A stretch of 64,000 nucleotides of DNA from Nitrospirota bacterium (lineage in GTDB: Bacteria > Nitrospirota > UBA9217), in NCBI GenBank assembly GCA_963740085.1, contig CAVUCU010000004.1, positions 320,001 to 384,000 of the forward strand, written 5' to 3'. The position numbers were made by a program, and so were the translations under genes. Positions 28,251-36,485 of this stretch are shown in pieces. The stretch's first letter is position 1, and every line of letters begins with the position of its first letter. The notes under the pieces were generated by a model. The model made no database searches, was not told the DNA's origin, and saw nothing but the letters and a program-made list of their open reading frames with translations.

Positions 28251-29192
28251 TTGGCCGCATTATCAAAAAAAAACATCCCCGAGCTGATTTTTCTCTCTCT
28301 TACCGCGATCGCGTCCCTCACCGTCATCATTTTTATCATCGGCATCATCGCAGTGCTGTTGAAGGAATCGTCGCTCGCAATAGGGAAGTTCGGGCTGATC
28401 GATTTTCTTACCTCTACGGCGTGGAATCCCGTGACAGGAATGTTCGGAGCGGCAACCACCATCTACGGCACGTTCCTCACGACCGCTCTCGCCCTGCTCT
28501 TTGCCATGCCGACCGCCATCGGCATTGCGATCTTCGTCACGGAAATCGCGCCGAATTTTCTGAAGGGTCCCATCGGCGTGGCGATCGAATTGCTGGCCGC
28601 CATCCCGAGCATCATCTACGGCATGTGGGGACTTTTCACTCTTGCACCCATCATGTCGAGGTATATCGAACCTGCGCTCCAGGGCACCATAGGAAAACTG
28701 CCTGTCGTCGGCATCCTGTTCGAGGGCACTCCCATGGGCATCGACCTGCTGACTGCAAGCGTCATACTCGCGATTATGATCATTCCATTCACGGCGAGCA
28801 TCGCGCGTGACTCCTTCAATCTGACGCCATCCGTGGTCAAGGAGTCGGCTTATGCGATCGGGGCGACTCAATGGGAAGTCGTCAAAAACGTGGTGCTCCC
28901 GTACTCTAAACTTGGCGTGTTCGGAGGAGTCGCACTATCCCTGGGTCGGGCTCTCGGCGAAACCATGGCGGTTGCCTTTGTGCTCGGGAACAATCACAAG
29001 ATCGCCACATCGCTTTTCGACGCTGCGTCCACCATAACGGTGAGCCTTGCGAACGAATTTACAGAAGCCGACAGCGACCTCTATCTCTCGTCCCTCTTTT
29101 ATCTCGCGCTCATACTGTTCGTGATGAGTTTCATTATCCTGGCAATAGCCAAGTTCTTTCTTCTGAAGGCGGAGAGAAAGTATTCACGATGA
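28251..29192 (+). CDS. pstC: Phosphate ABC transporter permease
   Basis: ELLAAIPSIIYGMWG, GRALGETMAV. Confidence 0.95.
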   Translation: MAALSKKNIPELIFLSLTAIASLTVIIFIIGIIAVLLKESSLAIGKFGLIDFLTSTAWNPVTGMFGAATTIYGTFLTTALALLFAMPTAIGIAIFVTEIAPNFLKGPIGVAIELLAAIPSIIYGMWGLFTLAPIMSRYIEPALQGTIGKLPVVGILFEGTPMGIDLLTASVILAIMIIPFTASIARDSFNLTPSVVKESAYAIGATQWEVVKNVVLPYSKLGVFGGVALSLGRALGETMAVAFVLGNNHKIATSLFDAASTITVSLANEFTEADSDLYLSSLFYLALILFVMSFIILAIAKFFLLKAERKYSR

Positions 29193-30030
29193 ACATCGAG
29201 AAAAGAAGAAAGGTAGAGAGTTTCGTCGCGCTGACACTGAGCGGTCTTGCGGCCGCAACAGGTCTTTTCTGGCTTGTGTATATCCTGGCCGACGTTCTCA
29301 TCCATGGCCTGGGCGCTTTGCACTTAAGTCTGTTCTTCAATGACCCCGCACCCGCGGGTGTTGAAGGCGGAGGTCTCAGAAATGCTTTCATCGGGCAACT
29401 GATGATCACCCTGGCCGCCACGTTGATCGGGGTCCCCGTGGGCGTTCTGGGCGGGACCTTTCTGGCCGAGTATGCCCGGGGAAAAAGATCGCTCGTATTA
29501 TCAGTGTTATTTCGGATATTATGGTCAGCATTCCTTCCATTGTGGTCGGCGCTTTTGTCTACGCGCTTCTCGTCAGGCCGCTCCATCATTTCAGCGGCTG
29601 GGCGGGGGCGTTTGCGCTTTCGATCATTATGATCCCGGTGGTGCTCAGGACGACGGAAGACATGCTGTCACTGGTGCCCTGGACGTTGCGGGAAGCGGCG
29701 TTCGCCCTTGGAGCGCCCTATTACAAGGTGATCATCCAGATCGTTTATCGCGGTGCGGCCACGGGCATTCTGACCGGTATTTTGCTGTCCATCGCCCGTG
29801 TCGCGGGTGAAACAGCGCCGCTCCTTTTTACCTCGTTCAACAACAACTTTTTTTCAACAGACATGAACCGGCCGATCGCGTCGTTGACGGTTACGATCTT
29901 CCAGTACGCCATGGGGCCCTATAAAAGCTGGCATTCCCAAGCCTGGGGTGCGGCACTGGTCATAACCCTTTTTATCCTCATGCTTACCATTGCCGGAAGA
30001 CTCATTTTAAAGTGGAGGTATAAGCAGTGA
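29189..30030 (+). CDS. pstA: Phosphate ABC transporter permease, split by a 1-bp frameshift (A-run 29482-29486)
   Basis: Adding one A joins ..AEYARGK to [20 protein letters not shown]..; [13 protein letters not shown] motif. Confidence 0.9.
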
Positions 30031-30791
30031 CCGCAATGAGAGAGATCGAGGTCAAAAACCTGGATTTTTATTATAATGGTGATATCCACGCTCTCCAGAA
30101 AATATCGCTGACAATCTATAAGGACAAGGTAACCGCCTTGATTGGTCCCTCCGGCTGCGGCAAGACCACCCTGCTCAGGTGCTTTAACCGGATGCACGAC
30201 CTCTACCCGAAGCACCGGTATGAAGGGGAGATTCACTTCAAGGATAAAAACATTCTGGCGCATGACATGGACCTCATCCATCTTCGCAGCCTTATCGGCA
30301 TGGTGTTCCAGAAGCCCACGCCGTTTCCGATGAGTATTGCTGAGAATATTGCCTACGGACTCAGATTAAAAGGCATCAGGAACAAATCAGAACTTGTCGG
30401 GCGCATCGAAGAGGCGCTTAAAAACGCAGCGCTCTGGGCGGAGGTCAGGGATAAATTGAATGAGAGCGCGTATGAACTGTCCGGAGGGCAGCAGCAGCGT
30501 CTTGTCATCGCGCGGGCACTGGCGGTGGAACCGAAAGTCCTTCTTTTTGATGAGCCCACGTCTGCGCTGGACCCCATTTCAACGGCCAAGATCGAGGAAC
30601 TTGTCGTGTCTTTGAAAAAGGTCGTCACGATCATAATCGTTACGCACAACATGCAGCAGGCGGCCCGCGTATCTGACATGACGGGACTACTGTATATGGG
30701 AGAGCTGATCGAGTACGGGACTACGGAGAAGATATTCACAAACCCGGACAATAAACAGACCGACGATTATATAACGGGCAGGTTCGGATAA
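30027..30791 (+). CDS. pstB: Phosphate ABC transporter ATP-binding protein
   Basis: [40 protein letters not shown]. Confidence 0.96.
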   Translation: MTAMREIEVKNLDFYYNGDIHALQKISLTIYKDKVTALIGPSGCGKTTLLRCFNRMHDLYPKHRYEGEIHFKDKNILAHDMDLIHLRSLIGMVFQKPTPFPMSIAENIAYGLRLKGIRNKSELVGRIEEALKNAALWAEVRDKLNESAYELSGGQQQRLVIARALAVEPKVLLFDEPTSALDPISTAKIEELVVSLKKVVTIIIVTHNMQQAARVSDMTGLLYMGELIEYGTTEKIFTNPDNKQTDDYITGRFG

Positions 30792-30833
30792 AAGAAGGGA
30801 ACAGGGTTCAGTCACCCTTATCCTGCATCCGCA

Positions 30834-30880
30834 ACACTGTACCCTGACACCGGGACCCTAAACCCTGAACCCTGAACCCT
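30834..30880. repeat. Heptamer tandem repeat (ACCCTGA-like)
   Basis: acactgt accctga caccggg accctaa accctga accctga accct between pstB and phoU. Confidence 0.7.
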
Positions 30881-30899
30881 ATTACTCAAGGAGTATTCC

Positions 30900-31577
30900 A
30901 TGGCCAGACAAAAAGAAGAGGATATTGAAGCTCTCAAGGAGCAGATTCTCAAAATGGGAGGCATTGTCGAAGAGTCCATCAGGCAGTCCGTCAAAGCGCT
31001 GGTTGAACGTGACAGGAATCTGGCAATCACGGTCATCGATGGCGACGCCATTGTCAATCATTACGATGTCCAGATCGAGGAAGAATGCATCAGGTTACTC
31101 GCCATCTGGCAGCCCACGGGCAGCACTCTCCGATTTCTTACAACCGCGATAAAGATCATCACCGATCTCGAACGCATGGGCGATCTGGCAGTCGACGTTT
31201 GCGAACGGGCCATCGAGCTGAACGAAGAACCGCCGCTCAAGCCATTTATCGATATGCCGCGTATGGCCGAAGCAGCTCAGACAATGCTCAAGGACAGCCT
31301 TGATTCTTTTGTGAGGGAGGATGCCGACCTCGCCATGAAGGTGTGCGCGTCTGATGATTATGTGGACAATTTGAATGTTCAGATCTTCAATGAATTGCTC
31401 GTGTATATGCTGCAAGACCCAAGGAACATCTCACGCGCTGTTCGCCTCACCTACATTACGAAGTATCTGGAGCGCATTGCCGATCATGCAACCAATATCG
31501 CGGAAATGGTCGTGTATATGGTCAAGGGGAAGGTCATTCGCCACACGGCATGTGACGAACGCGTCAAGGATGCGTAG
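30900..31577 (+). CDS. phoU: Phosphate signalling regulator PhoU
   Basis: DLERMGD and YLERIADHATNIAE repeats; last gene of the pst operon. Confidence 0.95.
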   Translation: MARQKEEDIEALKEQILKMGGIVEESIRQSVKALVERDRNLAITVIDGDAIVNHYDVQIEEECIRLLAIWQPTGSTLRFLTTAIKIITDLERMGDLAVDVCERAIELNEEPPLKPFIDMPRMAEAAQTMLKDSLDSFVREDADLAMKVCASDDYVDNLNVQIFNELLVYMLQDPRNISRAVRLTYITKYLERIADHATNIAEMVVYMVKGKVIRHTACDERVKDA

Positions 31578-31607
31578 AAGTCGAGTTCAGAGATAGTTTG
31601 GAAATTT

Positions 31608-31778
31608 TATAACCACGGTATTCAGTTCGGCAACACGATCACCTACCACTTGTCTTTCAGCGATCCGGTTGCCGGCGGGCCCTCCGGCGGGAGTAGCACC
31701 TTCTCTCACGGCCTTTTCGGAGGTGAAGACGGCACAAATCCGCTTCTGACCACCGACGGAACCCTGTACACGCTTAGT
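31608..31778 (+). pseudogene. Internal fragment resembling a PEP-CTERM-type exported protein
   Basis: Hand translation YNHGIQFGNTITYHLSFSDPVAGGPSGGSSTFSHGLFGGEDGTNPLLTTDGTLYTLS; no start codon; GC-rich patch between AT-rich flanks. Confidence 0.45.
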
Positions 31779-31792
31779 ATATAAAAAAATAC

Positions 31793-31823
31793 TCCGCTCA
31801 TCGGTTCACGACCGGTGAGCGGA
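31793..31823. terminator. Hairpin downstream of the pst operon
   Basis: TCCGCTCATCGGT-TCACG-ACCGGTGAGCGGA with an A-run on the left. Confidence 0.6.
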
Positions 31824-31884
31824 ACTTCTTGAGAAAAAAGGGACAAATTTACAAGCTATTTTAAATAAACAGCGCCAAAGATAA

Positions 31885-31939
31885 TTTAACGGCAAATTAA
31901 TGAATCCTTCATCATCTTGTAATGAAAATATGATTTAAT
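31885..31939 (+). promoter_or_regulatory. Pho-box-like promoter 9
   Basis: TTTAAC/ATTAAT/CTTCAT/TGTAAT at 31885,31896,31907,31918; -10 TTTAAT at 31934. Confidence 0.72.
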
Positions 31940-31967
31940 GCGCAAGAATTAGTAATCAGACGTGGGC

Positions 31968-32040
31968 CCTTTGCTGACCTTGTAAAGGAAACAGAAAACC
32001 CGGAAAACGAACCTGTTAAGGTTCTTCTCCGGGTTTTTTT
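31968..32040 (+). promoter_or_regulatory. Structured 5' leader: small hairpin plus intrinsic terminator (candidate attenuator)
   Basis: CCTTTGC-TGACCTT-GTAAAGG, then AAAACCCGGA...TCCGGGTTTTTTT, between promoter and RBS. Confidence 0.6.
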
Positions 32041-32066
32041 AATTTATGAATAAAAGGAGAAGTGCA

Positions 32067-32774
32067 ATGAAAAGGGTAATGGTAACAATGATGGCAGTTA
32101 TGTTCACGCTAATGCTGATGTCAGCGCCCCAGTCTGCACATGCGGATCTTGTCATCAGCCAGATCTACGGCGGAGGCGGCGCAACGAGTAGTAACCCGCT
32201 GTACAGCAACGATTGGGTCCAGTTGTACAATGACGGGACTACCGCGATTGACCTGACAGGTTACAGCCTCCAGTACGCAAGCGCCACCAATACAACGACG
32301 TTTGGGTCATCGAACACGCAGTACCTGTCAGGAACTATCGGAGCCAACAGTTATTTCCTTGTTCAGGAAGGGCGGGGCGCCGGCCTTGACGGCACGGCGC
32401 CTGACCCTTTATATGATCAGATTGCGGGAACGGGAACTTTCGCGGGTCTCAATCTGTCCGCTTCCGCGGGCAAACTGGCCCTTTTCAATACGACGGATAC
32501 GGGCGCCAGCACCGTTGCAACGTCCGCCAACCTCGTTGATCTCGTCGGCTACGGAACAACGGCAAACTTCAGCCTCTATCCCAAGATGACCGCCAATCTG
32601 AGCACCACCACGGCCGCTATTCGTACCACTGATGCCGGCGGCAATACCATCTTTATCGCCGGCACACCTGATCCAAACCCCGTTGCCACCCCGATTCCAG
32701 CCGCTGTCTGGTTGTTTGGTTCAGGTCTGATGGGACTGATGGGACTGATGGGACTGAGAAGAAAAGAGAGCTAA
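32067..32774 (+). CDS. Lamin-tail-domain exported protein with PEP-CTERM-like (VPLPA-type) sorting signal
   Basis: Signal peptide, LVISQIYGGGG..NDWVQLYN..SLQYAS, C-terminal TPIPAAVWLFGSGL..RRK. Confidence 0.82.
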   Translation: MKRVMVTMMAVMFTLMLMSAPQSAHADLVISQIYGGGGATSSNPLYSNDWVQLYNDGTTAIDLTGYSLQYASATNTTTFGSSNTQYLSGTIGANSYFLVQEGRGAGLDGTAPDPLYDQIAGTGTFAGLNLSASAGKLALFNTTDTGASTVATSANLVDLVGYGTTANFSLYPKMTANLSTTTAAIRTTDAGGNTIFIAGTPDPNPVATPIPAAVWLFGSGLMGLMGLMGLRRKES

Positions 32775-33007
32775 TCAGAGTTTCAGCAAATAGTCAATGC
32801 CCTCCAATAATATTAAGGCCATGTTGCCACTGGGGATCACGACTTCCGCTGAACACTGCCCGGACCGGGTTTTGACTCGGTCCGGGTCATATCGTAAGCG
32901 AATTCCGGGGTTCGATTTGACGATTGATGCCGGTCGCTGTGCTGACAACTTCATGAACTTGATCGTAATGAATCAAGGCATGCATCATAGGGAGGTTTTA
33001 AAAAAAC

Positions 33008-33190
33008 ATGAATGATCATCTTAACAGAATGCACAACCCGGACAGATCGCCCGCATGCGACGGTCAGCAGACGGTCCTCCTGGTCGATAACGACGATGTA
33101 CGCTTGAAGTACATGTCAGATGTACTGCGCAGGAAGGGCTACGGCGTCGCTGTCTTTTACGATGCAGCATCAGCGCACCATGATAAATAA
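33008..33190 (+). pseudogene. Truncated receiver-domain gene
   Basis: GGAGG RBS, TVLLVDNDD..L..MSDVLRRKGY.V; ends before the phospho-Asp, at the shift to AT-rich DNA. Confidence 0.6.
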
Positions 33191-33288
33191 TCAATACCAA
33201 TGCATTACTAGCTTGCAATATATGAGGAATTATATTGACTTACGATTAACTAATGTCAATAATGATTAAGTTTTTAATTGACTTAATA

Positions 33289-33308
33289 TATATCAAATGT
33301 GATATAAT
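33289..33308 (+). promoter_or_regulatory. Palindromic operator overlapping an extended -10 promoter
   Basis: TATATCA-AATG-TGATATA overlaps TGaTATAAT (33300-33308); TTGACT at 33278. Confidence 0.6.
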
Positions 33309-33320
33309 AAAGGATGAAAA

Positions 33321-33683
33321 GTGAAACTTCGCTTTGAACCTTTTGCTGAGCAAGCCATTCATGACATCATGCAAAATGACCAGAAATTGGGATTCAAAAT
33401 TCTGGCTAGGTTCAAAATGTTGGAAGTTTATCCATTTATTCATTATTTTGGCGAATATACTATTGACTCTGATACTATTGAATTTTTAAAAAAAGAAAAG
33501 TACGACATTAAGAGATTGCGATGTAGTGAATTTGATTTCATTAGAACATTTTACTTCGTGGATGACATAAATGAAGTCGTTATTGTATGCGAAATCATGC
33601 GAAGAGACGAAGATACATATAACCCAGATGCGCCCCATATTGAAAGAATTAAGAAAACCTACGCTAAATATTTTAAAAGATAG
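33321..33683 (+). CDS. Putative RelE/HigB-like toxin
   Basis: 120 aa; RelE-like pattern (IKRLR..IRTFYFVD..VVIVCEIMRR); first gene before an XRE-HTH gene. Confidence 0.55.
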   Translation: MKLRFEPFAEQAIHDIMQNDQKLGFKILARFKMLEVYPFIHYFGEYTIDSDTIEFLKKEKYDIKRLRCSEFDFIRTFYFVDDINEVVIVCEIMRRDEDTYNPDAPHIERIKKTYAKYFKR

Positions 33684-33697
33684 GACACATTAATAAT

Positions 33698-34279
33698 ATG
33701 ATTCTTGCAAAACATAAAAAACGCGAAAAGTCTCCCGTGCACATTCTAGCAGGCTTGCCATTTGTAAGCACACAAACAACGCAAAATTCAGCTATGCACG
33801 AAGTCAATCTCTTGATTCCCGGTTCACCTCTACGGGGTGTTTGTGAGGTTTCATCAGGGACTACTCAGGCTATTTTTTTGAAGAGAAGATTATGGCATCG
33901 AGAGCTTGAAGGATACATTGTACTTGTTCCCGATATAAAACAAATCCAAAGAAGTCAAAGGACAGAATACAACAAATTAACAACTATAGATGATTTAATT
34001 GCGAAATATACTTCGACTCCGGAAGGAAAGACCCTTTGGAATGAAGCTAATGATGAATTAAAGCAGGAGCTATATGCTGAGGTAGTAGCCGGAAAGCTTA
34101 ATAAGGTAAAGTATTATCGTCTTATTAATAATATGGATCAAATCACGCTTGCTAAGCTTACTGGCATTAAGCAGCCTAATATATCGAGAATTGAACAAAG
34201 GGGCTATGAAGCCGATTCAAGTACATATAAAAAGATTGCCAAAGTTTTTAGAATTGATTACAGGGAGTTATTGCCATGA
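33698..34279 (+). CDS. XRE-family HTH protein (HigA-like) with N-terminal extension
   Basis: C-terminal YYRLINNMDQITLAKLTGIKQPNISRIE. Confidence 0.8.
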   Translation: MILAKHKKREKSPVHILAGLPFVSTQTTQNSAMHEVNLLIPGSPLRGVCEVSSGTTQAIFLKRRLWHRELEGYIVLVPDIKQIQRSQRTEYNKLTTIDDLIAKYTSTPEGKTLWNEANDELKQELYAEVVAGKLNKVKYYRLINNMDQITLAKLTGIKQPNISRIEQRGYEADSSTYKKIAKVFRIDYRELLP

Positions 34280-34680
34280 CAAAAATTTCTGAAATTGCAT
34301 TCTGGTTAGCGTGTGATGATGTTCGTCAGGAAATTAACGGCAAAGTAACGTTTGTGGGTGTATATGGAGAAGACGTACTAGTTCCTGCTGTACCACTAAG
34401 AGTACCACAATTATGCGTTGTCGTATTTTTAAAGTTAGAAAATATTGCTTTTGATAAGCTTGGTTTTAAAATAGAAGATCCAAATGGAAAAAATATAGCT
34501 GCTCTGAACTTGGTACCCCAAAAAATTGATTTCAAACAAAATAGTGCTAGAGCAATTATTTATCTTTCGCCTTGGGAATGGAAAGAAGCAGGAAAATATA
34601 AGCTTTATGCACAAATTAATGATGCATCAGAACAAGCTTTTGGAGAGATTGAGGTTAAATTAGCTAAACAATCGAGATAA
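34276..34680 (+). CDS. DUF6941-like protein
   Basis: CDDVRQEINGKVTFVGVY..GKY motif; ATGA coupling to the HTH gene. Confidence 0.68.
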   Translation: MTKISEIAFWLACDDVRQEINGKVTFVGVYGEDVLVPAVPLRVPQLCVVVFLKLENIAFDKLGFKIEDPNGKNIAALNLVPQKIDFKQNSARAIIYLSPWEWKEAGKYKLYAQINDASEQAFGEIEVKLAKQSR

Positions 34681-34936
34681 TCTAATCGTTTGAAATCTGT
34701 CCGATTAGTCGTTTTTATGATACTACTCTTTTATAAGTCAAGCCCTGCTTGCTATTACTGATTGTTTCTATTCATCATATTATTCTCTTACCGTTATTTA
34801 GCGCAGATTATCTCAGAGGTTGTGAAAAACTGAAAAATAATTGTCATTAACACTGATGCCGAGCATGTAGTATTACTTCGATAGATTACGGATACTATTT
34901 TTAGTGTAGAAAATTAAAAAGAAGGGAGGTGAACCA

Positions 34937-36226
34937 ATGGCGAAACACAGAGGCATATACAAGCGTGGTGGCGTTTGGTGGTATCGGTATGCAGACGCAA
35001 GCGGGAAGATTGTTAAATATTCCTCTCGTTCTTCAAAGCAAGCCGATGCAGTGGAGCTACGAGCAAAAGCGACGCTATCCATAAGGGAAGGGAAAAAACC
35101 CGATGCGCCAAAGAAGATTAGGAACTATTCGTTCAATGACCTTGCCGATAAGTATGTCGCATGGATAGAAGATCGGCAAGCATCGGCAGAGATGAAGAGC
35201 TATATCATAGCCCGCTTGAAAGAACGGGAAATCCAGGTATCAGGCGACAATGGCGATATGCAGTCGGTCAAAATTGGCACCTTACCCTTGCGAAGATTCA
35301 ATACATATCTGATTGAACAACTACAGACAGACCTAAAACGTAAGGAACTGAGAGCGCCGAGGAAGAACAGTAAGAAGGTGAATGAACTAACCACTATCAA
35401 CGGCCTGAAGGATTCAAGCTGCAACAGGATATTGAGCACAATAAAGCACATGTTCTCAAAGGCCGTTGAATGGGATATGATAGAGGAAACCACGTTGAAA
35501 AAAATGCGCAAGGTCAAACTTGCCAAAGAGGTGGGCCGGTTGAGGTATCTATCAGCGAAAGAGGCACAAACCCTTGTAAGTGTATGCGAACCTCATTTAC
35601 AGCCGATTGTCATTACCGCTCTGCACACTGGCATGAGGAAAGGGGAAATACTCAACCTCAAATGGGACAACGTAGACATGCAGCATGGTTTTATCTTACT
35701 AGATAAGACTAAGAACGGAGAACGGCGCGAGATACCGATAAATAACACTCTGAGAGAAACGCTAAATAGACTTCCTCGCAATTTCACAGGAGAGAAGGAA
35801 AACCGGCAGCTTGTCCCGTATGTGTTCCATGACCCGAAGACGTACAAACCCTATGGAGGTGTGAAGCACAGTTTTAATTCAGCCGTGAAGCGTGCAGTGA
35901 TAGTTGACTTTCACTTTTACGATCTGAGACACACGTTTGCGAGTCTTGCCATGATGTCCAGTCAGATAGACATAACCACGCTCTCGAAAATCTTAGGTCA
36001 TAAGAGTCTTAAGATGACGATGAAGTACGCCCACCTTGCACCGGCACACTTACAGAAGGCAGTTTTTGTAATGGATGAAGTGTACCGCGTGTCAACTGAC
36101 ACAAAACTGGCACAGTCAAATGAAAAAGGGTTAGTCAATGATGACCAACCCCTTGAAAACTTGGTGGAGCTGAGGGGGATCGAACCCCTGACCCCAAGAC
36201 TGCCAGCCTTGTGCTCTCCCAGCTGA
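34937..36226 (+). CDS. Phage-type tyrosine integrase
   Basis: GIYKRG..WW arm domain, TGMRKGE, KTKNG, YDLRH, LGH, MKYAH; GGAGGTG RBS. Confidence 0.92.
   Translation: MAKHRGIYKRGGVWWYRYADASGKIVKYSSRSSKQADAVELRAKATLSIREGKKPDAPKKIRNYSFNDLADKYVAWIEDRQASAEMKSYIIARLKEREIQVSGDNGDMQSVKIGTLPLRRFNTYLIEQLQTDLKRKELRAPRKNSKKVNELTTINGLKDSSCNRILSTIKHMFSKAVEWDMIEETTLKKMRKVKLAKEVGRLRYLSAKEAQTLVSVCEPHLQPIVITALHTGMRKGEILNLKWDNVDMQHGFILLDKTKNGERREIPINNTLRETLNRLPRNFTGEKENRQLVPYVFHDPKTYKPYGGVKHSFNSAVKRAVIVDFHFYDLRHTFASLAMMSSQIDITTLSKILGHKSLKMTMKYAHLAPAHLQKAVFVMDEVYRVSTDTKLAQSNEKGLVNDDQPLENLVELRGIEPLTPRLPALCSPS
36122..36154 (-). terminator. Intrinsic terminator of tRNA-Ala (inside the integrase ORF)
   Basis: GGGTTAGTCA-ATGA-TGACCAACCC hairpin followed by a U-run on the minus strand. 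Confidence 0.7.
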
Positions 36227-36237
36227 GCTACAGCCCC
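36162..36237 (-). tRNA. tRNA-Ala(GGC)
   Basis: Reverse complement GGGGCTGTAGCTCAGCTGGGAGAGCACAAGGCTGGCAGTCTTGGGGTCAGGGGTTCGATCCCCCTCAGCTCCACCA; 76 nt, G3:U70, CCA encoded. Confidence 0.97.
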
Positions 36238-36261
36238 AAATACTACCGTTACGAGGTAATT

Positions 36262-36290
36262 AATCTAACATCACGAAGTTATGTTGTCAA
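36262..36290 (-). promoter_or_regulatory. Sigma70 promoter of tRNA-Ala
   Basis: TTGACA-17 bp-TAGATT on the minus strand. Confidence 0.75.
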
Positions 36291-36485
36291 GATAAAATGA
36301 CAGAATTCATCGTTCGTTGTCGCAGAGGATAACCACAGGTCACGGATTTTCGCGGAGTATTAAAGCAGAAGGCTCCTGCGTTGAGACACCTGGTTGGCGC
36401 CTTTAATCTGCGTCAAGCGTCCGCTTTGCAGATAAGAGAATTAGTGAAAAAATGAATAAAAAAAGTATATAATAGAGGCAATCGT

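Larger units (their letters stand above)
33190..36161. mobile_element. Integrative element (remnant) at the tRNA-Ala 3' end
   Basis: Markedly AT-rich cargo, tyrosine integrase abutting the tRNA, truncated gene at the left junction; second att copy not found by eye. Confidence 0.7.

Noticed and set aside
32797-33015. 72-aa ORF
   Set aside because: No RBS or motif; spans a GC hairpin (32859-32886) that is more likely a terminator
1-36161. Whole Pho region as one integrase-mobilised island
   Set aside because: No distal att repeat seen, and composition shifts sharply only at about 33.2 kb; cannot be supported from this window
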